Origin: Myxococcota bacterium
GTDB taxonomy: Bacteria; Myxococcota; Myxococcia; Myxococcales; Myxococcaceae
Reading direction: 5' to 3'
Assembly (NCBI GenBank): GCA_049322255.1
Contig: JBMORE010000170.1
Span: forward strand, 1-61,171
DNA length: 61,171 nucleotides
Below, piece by piece: positions 54,339 to 61,171 of the stretch; positions within the stretch are counted from its first letter, which is position 1, and each line of letters opens with the position of its first letter. Below the pieces are notes generated by a model. The model did not search any database. It was not told the DNA's origin and worked only from the letters and a program-made list of their open reading frames with translations. A program made the position numbers and the translations under genes.

Positions 54339-54629
54339 GTGACGTCGATCGCCATCTCCGAATTCGAGCACCGCGTTGCGAAGTGGGCGGAGTATCTCAA
54401 GAAGACGAAGGAGCCGCTCGAGGTGATGCGGCGCGGAAAGACCGATCTCGTCGTGCTGGACAAGGAAACGTTCGACCAGTGGAAGGCGGACCGTGAGCGG
54501 TTGCAAGCGCTCGAGGTCAAGCTTCTCGTCGATGAGGGTGAGCGAGCCTTCGCGCGTGGCCGGGTCATGGCTCATGAGGATGTGGGCAAACGCCTTGGTT
54601 TCAGCCGCCGACGTCACAAGAAGACGTGA
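54339..54629 (+). CDS. Phd/YefM-type antitoxin
   Basis: AGGAGG RBS with GTG start; KTKEPLEVMRRGKTDLVVL. Confidence 0.8.
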   Translation: MTSIAISEFEHRVAKWAEYLKKTKEPLEVMRRGKTDLVVLDKETFDQWKADRERLQALEVKLLVDEGERAFARGRVMAHEDVGKRLGFSRRRHKKT

Positions 54630-54949
54630 TTCGGGTTCTGTGGTCCGAGCCAGCCGTCGACCAGCTCGCGCAGATTCGCCAGGCGAGCCTCCGCTTGCGC
54701 GTCTACCAAGCAGTGGGCGGGTTGGTTCGATTTCCGCGTCGTGGACGAGCTCCGCCTGAGGTCGTGACCCATCCGGACCTCCAGCTTCCCGCCGACCTGC
54801 GAGAAATCGTCTTCCCACGAATTTTACGGGTGTTTTACCGGTACGACGAGCGTAACGGCACGGTTCATGTGCTCGGCATCGCGTTTCGCGGCCAAGACGT
54901 TGGCGCCGATTGGTTGGTGCAGCTCAAGGGGCTCACCGAGAACCGGTAG
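54626..54949 (+). CDS. RelE/ParE family toxin
   Basis: VLWSEPAVDQLAQI, FPRRGR, LREIV...RVFYR; GTGA overlap. Confidence 0.85.
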   Translation: MIRVLWSEPAVDQLAQIRQASLRLRVYQAVGGLVRFPRRGRAPPEVVTHPDLQLPADLREIVFPRILRVFYRYDERNGTVHVLGIAFRGQDVGADWLVQLKGLTENR

Positions 54950-55243
54950 ATGCTGCGCTCCCTTTGAGGGGCTTTGACGAGAGAATGAACCCAAGCCCGA
55001 AGACGGAAAGACCGACCAGCGCAAGACGACGGATCTCGAGCAACCCCTACGAGAGAGGCGCTCGCCGACGCACGCAATTCGGCCGCGGACGTCGGTGCGA
55101 CGGTCTTGGTCGTCGATGCGATGGCGAGCTACTGGTGTGGCGACAAGCACCCTCAGGCGCTCTTTGCCCGCGCCTTTCGCTGCAGTTAGCACACGCGCGT
55201 AAGCCGCTGGGGCTTGCCCCGGGGAGGATCACCGCAGATGCCG

Positions 55244-55807
55244 CTACCCGCGGAGGGCGGCGAATTGCAGCGCGTTGAGTAGCCCAGGCGAGGCGGGCTT
55301 GAGTGGAGCAGCCATCAACTCGGCGAAGTTGATGACCACGTTGGGCGACTCGTTGAACGCGGGAGCGGGGCCGGGAAGGGCGGGACCCGGGGGCGCGGGG
55401 GGCAGGTCGTCGAGCGAGGCGACGAAGTCGTTGGGAGCCACCACCGACTGGCCGGCCCAGGCGACGCGCGCTGCCGACGGCGAGGCAGGCTGAAGCGTGG
55501 GGCCGGCGGCGGCGGGCGAAAAGTCGGCGCCATCGCGCCAGTAGGCCAAGAGCGTCTGGGAAATCTCGTTCGCCCGCTGGGCACGGTAGGAGGTTCCCTC
55601 CAAGTGGGCGGCCAGCTTCGCCTTGTACTCCTCGCGCAAAAGCCAGGAGAAGGGGGCGTGGGGGGCTTCGAAGGTATCGGCGAATCGGTGGCGAACCACC
55701 GGCTCGACCCGCCGCGCCTGGGGCCTGGGGTCGGGAGCGGTCGCTGGGCGCAGCGCCTGCTGCACGTGCTCGACGGTGCTCTGAAAGAGTCGGCGCAGGG
55801 GGTTCAC
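55244..55807 (-). CDS. Hypothetical protein
   Basis: 187-aa Pro/Ala-rich ORF that fills the gap. Confidence 0.55.
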   Translation of the reverse strand: MNPLRRLFQSTVEHVQQALRPATAPDPRPQARRVEPVVRHRFADTFEAPHAPFSWLLREEYKAKLAAHLEGTSYRAQRANEISQTLLAYWRDGADFSPAAAGPTLQPASPSAARVAWAGQSVVAPNDFVASLDDLPPAPPGPALPGPAPAFNESPNVVINFAELMAAPLKPASPGLLNALQFAALRG

Positions 55808-55965
55808 GAGAAGATTGTCGAACCAGGGCCTCCGGCAGTTGCGCGGGAAGAAAAAGCAGGCGTTACCGGCGGTTGGCCGACAGCTGTGGGAGGGTTTGTC
55901 AGCCGTGTCCCGCTTGAGTTAAGCAGCCCGCTTCACTGCGACCGTTGCCGCAAGGGAGGATGCCG

Positions 55966-56781
55966 ATGAGGACGCTGCGTTGGTTCATTTCGGGCATGAC
56001 GCTGGGTCTGCTCATCGCGGTGGCGCCCTCGTGCGGCGCGGCAAAGCCGGCCTGTGACTCGGCCAACTGCTCCACCGGTTGCTGCGACGAAACGGGCGAG
56101 TGTCGGCCTGGAAACACCCAAGCGCAGTGTGGCTCCGCCGGTCGGGCGTGTGCCGCCTGTCCCCTCACTGACTCTTGTCAGCTCGGCTTGTGCACGCCCA
56201 TCAGCGGTGGGGGCGGCGGCGGAGGAGGAGGTGGCGGCGGAGGTGGCGGCGGAGGAGGTGGTCAAGACGGCGGGCGCTCCGACGGGGGCAGCGACGCGGG
56301 AACCGGCTCGGACGCCGGAACGCGAGACGCGGGAGCTTCCGACGGCGGCGGGGTGGTGGGCGTGGTGTGTGGGGCCAACACCTGCTCAGTGGGCCAGCTT
56401 TGCTGTGCGCAGCAGACCGATGGCGGGTTGAGCCACAGCTGCCAGTCCAGCTGCCCCGATGGTGGGGTGGCGCTCGCCTGCGACGGTCCTGAAGATTGCG
56501 GCAGCGGCACCCCGGTGTGTTGCGGGACGGTGCGGGTGGGCAACGGCACGGCGCCGTTGTGTCCCATCGACGGAGCATCGGCCGCCTGCGCGGCAAGCTG
56601 TGCACCCGCCTTTCCTGCCTCATGCAACACCACCGGCGAGATTGTCCTCTGCCAGTCGTCGGCGCACTGCGCGGCCTACCCGACCTACAACCAGTGCTGC
56701 CGCTTCTCTCAGGGCAACGGCACCATCTCCATCTGCTCCACGGTGACGATGGCGTTCTTCTCTGGAAACTGCCTGCCGTAG
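55966..56781 (+). CDS. Cys-rich lipoprotein with a Gly19 linker and DAG repeats
   Basis: APSC lipobox-like site, CxxxNCxxGCCD module, CDGPEDC. Confidence 0.8.
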   Translation: MRTLRWFISGMTLGLLIAVAPSCGAAKPACDSANCSTGCCDETGECRPGNTQAQCGSAGRACAACPLTDSCQLGLCTPISGGGGGGGGGGGGGGGGGGGQDGGRSDGGSDAGTGSDAGTRDAGASDGGGVVGVVCGANTCSVGQLCCAQQTDGGLSHSCQSSCPDGGVALACDGPEDCGSGTPVCCGTVRVGNGTAPLCPIDGASAACAASCAPAFPASCNTTGEIVLCQSSAHCAAYPTYNQCCRFSQGNGTISICSTVTMAFFSGNCLP

Positions 56782-56785
56782 CCGG

Positions 56786-57604
56786 TCAATCGAGGAACAA
56801 GTCGGGCAACAGCTCGGCGCCCTTCTTCACCGCGTACTTGTCGAAGTCGGTTTGTCCGGCGGCGTGCAGCACTTCTTCGTCGATGAAGAAGTGGCCGGTA
56901 CACTTGCGGCTGTCCTGAGTGAGTATCCAGTGCGCGGCGTCGGCCACGATGTCGGCGGTGCGACACTGCGCCAGCGCCTCCTCGCCTCCGAGCATCTCCA
57001 GCGCCGCGGTGGCGATGGCCGTCTTCGGCCACAGGGCGTTGAAGGCGATGCCCTCCTCGCGAAACTCCTCCGCCATGCCCAGGACGCACATGCTCATCCC
57101 GTACTTGGAGAGGGTGTAGGCGACGTGGGAGGCAAACCAGCGCGGCTTCATGTTCAGCGGAGGCGAGAGGTTGAGCACATGCGGGTTCTTCGCCTTCTTC
57201 AAAAAAGGCAAGCAGGCCTGGGTAGTGGCGAAGGTGCCGCGCACGTTCACCTGGTGCATCAAGTCGAACCGCTTCAGCGGTGTCTCCAGCGTGCCGGTGA
57301 GGCTGATGGCGCTGGCGTTGTTGACGCAGATGTCGATGCCTCCAAAAACGTCCACCGCCCTTTGCACCGCGGCGTGAAGCTGCTCCTCGGAGCGAGTGTC
57401 CACCGCGAGGGCGAGCGCTTTGCCGCCGGCGGCCTCCATTTCCTTCGCCGCGGAATGAATGGTGCCCGGCAGCTTGGGGTGGGGCTCGGAAGTCTTGGCG
57501 GCGATGACGATGTGGGCGCCCTCTCGAGCGGCGCGCAGCCCAATCGCCTTGCCGATGCCGCGGCTGGCCCCGGTGATGAAGAGAGTCTTGCCCTTCAAGG
57601 ACAT
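56786..57604 (-). CDS. SDR oxidoreductase (HSDL2-like)
   Basis: TGASRGIG, PHPKLPGTI, NNAS, YTLSK. Confidence 0.92.
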   Translation of the reverse strand: MSLKGKTLFITGASRGIGKAIGLRAAREGAHIVIAAKTSEPHPKLPGTIHSAAKEMEAAGGKALALAVDTRSEEQLHAAVQRAVDVFGGIDICVNNASAISLTGTLETPLKRFDLMHQVNVRGTFATTQACLPFLKKAKNPHVLNLSPPLNMKPRWFASHVAYTLSKYGMSMCVLGMAEEFREEGIAFNALWPKTAIATAALEMLGGEEALAQCRTADIVADAAHWILTQDSRKCTGHFFIDEEVLHAAGQTDFDKYAVKKGAELLPDLFLD

Positions 57605-57613
57605 GGGCTTTGG

Positions 57614-58039
57614 CTATCCCGCCTTCTTGGCCAGGTCCACGTAGCGCCGGCCCTCGGGTAGCCCCGTCTCCACCGGCAGCCCCTCGTCGGCCCACCCCGG
57701 CTCCACCACCTGGCCGGACATGTCTCGCGCCCCGCCGAAGCCGGCTCGCTGGTCCACCACCTCGCGGTACCCTGCTCGTTCGAGCAGTTGCGCCGCCCGC
57801 ATCGAGCGCCCGCCCGACTGGCAGCCGATGACCAGCTTGGCGTTTTTGGGCACCGTCGCCTCCACCACCTTCACGAAGTCGGGGTTGGGCCCCATGCCGG
57901 AAGCGCCCAGGTGGAGCAGCGGAATGTTGAGCGCGCCCGCGGGATGGCCGGATTCGAACTCGGGCTCCGAGCGCACGTCGAGGTACGTCCACCCCGCGTC
58001 CAGCAGGGCTTTGGCTTCCTTGGCGGAGATTCGCTTCAT
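57614..58039 (-). CDS. Rhodanese-like protein
   Basis: LDVRSEPEFESGHP, CQSGGRS. Confidence 0.9.
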   Translation of the reverse strand: MKRISAKEAKALLDAGWTYLDVRSEPEFESGHPAGALNIPLLHLGASGMGPNPDFVKVVEATVPKNAKLVIGCQSGGRSMRAAQLLERAGYREVVDQRAGFGGARDMSGQVVEPGWADEGLPVETGLPEGRRYVDLAKKAG

Positions 58040-58115
58040 GAGGGGAGGCACCCTACAACCAGAGCGGCGAGGAGGGAATTGACCTTTCCCGGGGCCGGGT
58101 GTTGTGGAAGGGGTG

Positions 58116-58733
58116 ATGGCTACCCAACCGCTCCTGCGCCTGGTGAAGGGCGAAGAAGCCACCGTGAGCGACGACGCACTGTGTCGGGCGTTCCTCACCG
58201 GCGATGGCGCGGCCTTTGGAGAGCTGGTTTCCCGTCACCAGCGGCTGGTGTACGTCCTGGTGCGCCGGTACTGCGCCCGTCCCGAGGACGCCTTCGACCT
58301 CACCCAGCGCGCCTTCCTCCAGGCGTTCGAGGCGGCACGGCGCTCGCTGCCCAGGCTGGGGAGGAGAGGGCCGGTACCGTTCCGCGCCTGGCTGGTGCGC
58401 ATCAGCCTCAACCTGGGAAAGAACCACCTGCGGCAGACGCGGCGCTGGGCGGAGGCGCCGTTGGAGGCCCTGGTGCACGAAGCTTCGCCCACGCCGGTCC
58501 CTTCGGAGACGGTGGAGCGCGCCCAACAGGAGCGCCTTACCCGCGCCACGGTGCTGGAGCTGCCCCCTCGCCAGCGCGAGGTGTTCACCTTGCGAATCGA
58601 CGGCGACCTCTCCTTCGCCGAGGTGGCCCAGACGTTGGGCATCGAGGAGAGCGCCGCCAAGGCGAGCTTCCATTGTGCGGTGAGGCGGCTCAGGGAGCTT
58701 TTCGCCGCTTCCAAAGAGGAGAAGAAGCGATGA
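58116..58733 (+). CDS. ECF RNA polymerase sigma factor
   Basis: DAFDLTQRAF, FRAWLVRI, LPPRQREVF, LSFAEVA. Confidence 0.92.
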   Translation: MATQPLLRLVKGEEATVSDDALCRAFLTGDGAAFGELVSRHQRLVYVLVRRYCARPEDAFDLTQRAFLQAFEAARRSLPRLGRRGPVPFRAWLVRISLNLGKNHLRQTRRWAEAPLEALVHEASPTPVPSETVERAQQERLTRATVLELPPRQREVFTLRIDGDLSFAEVAQTLGIEESAAKASFHCAVRRLRELFAASKEEKKR

Positions 58734-59233
58734 CTTGCGATGACTGTGAAGCGGTGCTCATCGACCGCGGCGCGGGAGAGAAGTTGGAGGAGGCGGCGCT
58801 GCGCGTGCACCTGTCGGCCTGCGCTCGCTGCCGTGCCTTCGACGAGGCGGTGCAAGAGGCGCTTTCTCTCGCTGAGCTGCCGCCTCTGTCTGAAGCAGAG
58901 GAGAAGAAGCTCGAGGGGCTGGCCGGCTCGACGTTGGCCGTCTGGCGCGCCGCGGAGCGACGCCCGCACCCGGTACGCCGGTGGGTCGCGCTCGCCACTG
59001 CCGCCTGTGTCGGAGGGCTGGTCACCGCCGCGGTCTTGAGCCAACGCAGTCCACGCGTGGGTCGCTCGCTCGCGCCCGAGGTGCGCACCTCCCTGGGCAC
59101 CGAGGAGCTCTCTTGGGAGCTGGCCGAGCTGCCCTTGCTCGAGGAGAGCTCGCCGATGGAGGTCGAGCTCGCCCTCTACGAAGTGCCCTGGACGCTGTCT
59201 GATGACTCGCTGTTGGAAGGAGACGTGAAATGA
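58730..59233 (+). CDS. Zinc-finger (ZAS) anti-sigma factor
   Basis: HLSACARC and a TM helix; ATGA overlap. Confidence 0.85.
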   Translation: MTCDDCEAVLIDRGAGEKLEEAALRVHLSACARCRAFDEAVQEALSLAELPPLSEAEEKKLEGLAGSTLAVWRAAERRPHPVRRWVALATAACVGGLVTAAVLSQRSPRVGRSLAPEVRTSLGTEELSWELAELPLLEESSPMEVELALYEVPWTLSDDSLLEGDVK

Positions 59234-59718
59234 AAGCCCTGCTCGTTGCCCTGATGTTCTCGCCGCTGGTTGCCCTCGCCCAGCCCCGGTCCCGCCCGCC
59301 ACCTTCCGAGGAGAAGCGGGAGCAGATGGCCGACCGCATGCGGATGATGATGGTGGTGGGGCTGGCCGAGGCGCTCGAGCTCTCGGAAGGCGAGGCGCTC
59401 AAGCTGGGAGAGAAGATTCGCAGCTTCGAGAGCCGCCGCCGCCCGCTGCGCGAGACGATGTTCGAGTCGATGCGTACTCTGCACCAGGCCTCGCAAGGGG
59501 ACAGCGCCGCGCTGGCCCAGGTGGACTCGTCCACCCAGAAGCTTTTGGACGCGCGCATTCGCATGGCCGAGCTCGACCGGGAGATGTTCAACGAGCTGGC
59601 TCGCGGGCTTTCGGCGGAGAAGAAAGCCAAGCTCGCCACCTTCCTCGCCCGCTTCCAACAAGAGGTGAAGGCCGGCTTTGGCAAAGGCAAAGGAATGCGC
59701 GGGCACCGCGAGCGCTGA
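59230..59718 (+). CDS. Periplasmic helical protein (Spy/CpxP-like)
   Basis: Signal peptide, helical, LSAEKKAKL; third gene of the ECF unit. Confidence 0.7.
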   Translation: MKALLVALMFSPLVALAQPRSRPPPSEEKREQMADRMRMMMVVGLAEALELSEGEALKLGEKIRSFESRRRPLRETMFESMRTLHQASQGDSAALAQVDSSTQKLLDARIRMAELDREMFNELARGLSAEKKAKLATFLARFQQEVKAGFGKGKGMRGHRER

Positions 59719-59804
59719 CCTCGCAATCACTTCGAATCTGTTTCCGCAGTGTAAGGTCTGCCTCCCTGAGTGTCACAGGACCTCATCAGACTCGGGGTGG
59801 ACCG

Positions 59805-61171
59805 ATGACGAAGCGGATGTGTTTGGCGATTCGCCGTTTGGCGGGCCTGATGGTTCTGGCAGGCCTTTTGTCCCTCGCGGCACCCGCGAGTGCGGCGAAC
59901 TACCCGCTCGAGATCACCCAGCCGCAGCCCAACCTCTCGACGGTCAATCGGTTCTACAAGGCCTACCCAGGTCTCATGTACCGGGTTCGCCTCGCCGTCA
60001 TCGGAGGTCTTTATCCCTATCGCTTCAGCCTCGGCACGGCTCCCGCGGGAATGGAAATCGACCCCAATGACGGGACGATCACTTGGGCCAACCCGACCGA
60101 GAGCGGCTCACCCCACCAAGTACAAGCGACCGTCCTCGACAGCGAGGGGAGCAGTCAGTCCGTCTCCTGGACGATCACGGTGACCACGCAGGGCTTCCGG
60201 TTTGTCGATGCGATCAACGGTCGTACCGTGGCCGAAGGAGGGACGGGAACGTTCGCGAATCCCTGGAAGACGATCGTCGACTGGTACGAAGGGAACGTTT
60301 ACGAATCGAAGAGGGCCCAGTCCTACGTCAACGAGTTCTTGTATTGGCGCGAAGGCGTCTACTCGCTCGCCAATGTCTACACGGAGGATGGCACCCCTGG
60401 ACAAGATCCTGGTCGCCTTCCGGTGCTCTCCGCCTACAAGCCTGTGGTTTGGCTGGCTTACCCGGGTGAGAAACCGATTGTGGACCATGGGTACACCGGG
60501 GCCCTGGACACAGGCCCGTTCATCATCTTCTACGCCAGCAGCGCGAACGTCTATGTCGACGGGCTCGAGTTTCGCAACATGAAGTGCAAGGGAATCGAGC
60601 TGGCCCCCGACGGAAACAATCAGGTGTTCGCGAACCTCGACATGCACGACATGCACTACGGCGAAGATGGGAAGAACTGCGCGTTCATCATGACCGGGAG
60701 CGGAGGAGGTGGAGCGACGCCGTCCGATCACATGGTGATCCAGAGCTCCACCTTCCACCACATGAACCTCGCCAGCGCAGGAGCGATGATCAAGATTTAC
60801 TCGAAGAACAAGCTGCTCATCGAGGACAACACCCTGCACACGGTCACGGGCACGACCGACTCCGAGGGAATCGCCCTCAAGGGTGGGACGATGACGCGCG
60901 TCACCGTTCGACACAACGTGGTTCACGACGTGCCGAGGAAGAGCATCGGCGGAAACATGCACACGCTCGTGGACTCGGAGCTCCTCTACAACTGCATCTA
61001 CGACGCCGCGAACGAGGGGCTTGACATCAATCAGGACGGTTTGGCGACCAACCTCTACATCTACCGCAACACCGTGCTCGGCCGTGTGCAGGTGCGAAAC
61101 ACCGACAGCGCCGATGGCCCTTTCCGTTTCTACAACAACATCTTCGTCAACGACGACCCTGGGACCCCGCC
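59805..61171 (+). CDS. Secreted protein with a putative Ig domain and a right-handed beta-helix; 3' end lies outside the window
   Basis: Hand translation MTKRMCLAIRR...APASA|ANYPLEI...APAGMEIDPNDGTITW...GTFANPWKTI; absent from the ORF track because it runs off the window. Confidence 0.8.
   Translation, partial: MTKRMCLAIRRLAGLMVLAGLLSLAAPASAANYPLEITQPQPNLSTVNRFYKAYPGLMYRVRLAVIGGLYPYRFSLGTAPAGMEIDPNDGTITWANPTESGSPHQVQATVLDSEGSSQSVSWTITVTTQGFRFVDAINGRTVAEGGTGTFANPWKTIVDWYEGNVYESKRAQSYVNEFLYWREGVYSLANVYTEDGTPGQDPGRLPVLSAYKPVVWLAYPGEKPIVDHGYTGALDTGPFIIFYASSANVYVDGLEFRNMKCKGIELAPDGNNQVFANLDMHDMHYGEDGKNCAFIMTGSGGGGATPSDHMVIQSSTFHHMNLASAGAMIKIYSKNKLLIEDNTLHTVTGTTDSEGIALKGGTMTRVTVRHNVVHDVPRKSIGGNMHTLVDSELLYNCIYDAANEGLDINQDGLATNLYIYRNTVLGRVQVRNTDSADGPFRFYNNIFVNDDPGTP

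Noticed and set aside
56206..56262. GGN run as a possible phase-variable repeat
   Set aside because: Mixed Gly codons encoding a Gly19 linker, common in myxobacterial lipoproteins.

Overview
A GC-rich chromosomal scaffold from a myxobacterium (Myxococcota, probably Cystobacterineae), with two 100-N assembly gaps (17339-17438, 47077-47176). It carries the AglR/AglQ/AglS gliding motor next to a divergent MshEN-domain gene and a kinase pair, nadE, a c-di-GMP operon (two PilZ proteins, a lipoprotein, EcsC, a GGDEF protein), a sigma54 two-component cluster, two Ser/Thr kinases, mreB, a PilY1/minor-pilin operon, aceB/aceA, phhA, two intact toxin-antitoxin pairs plus a remnant, an ECF sigma/anti-sigma unit, and seven copies of a BoxC/REP-like palindromic repeat. 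The best candidate for a new system is the gene at 31312-33321. In one frame it encodes a signal peptide, tandem Ig-like repeats, an internal MYXO-CTERM-like sorting signal, and then a type IV prepilin (G|FTLIE, PilV-like) whose basic leader is the Arg tail of the MYXO-CTERM. This is a probable polyprotein split by prepilin peptidase. A matrixin at 20986-22065 has a similar layout (internal MYXO-CTERM followed by a second signal peptide). All calls come from manual motif reading; no searches were run.
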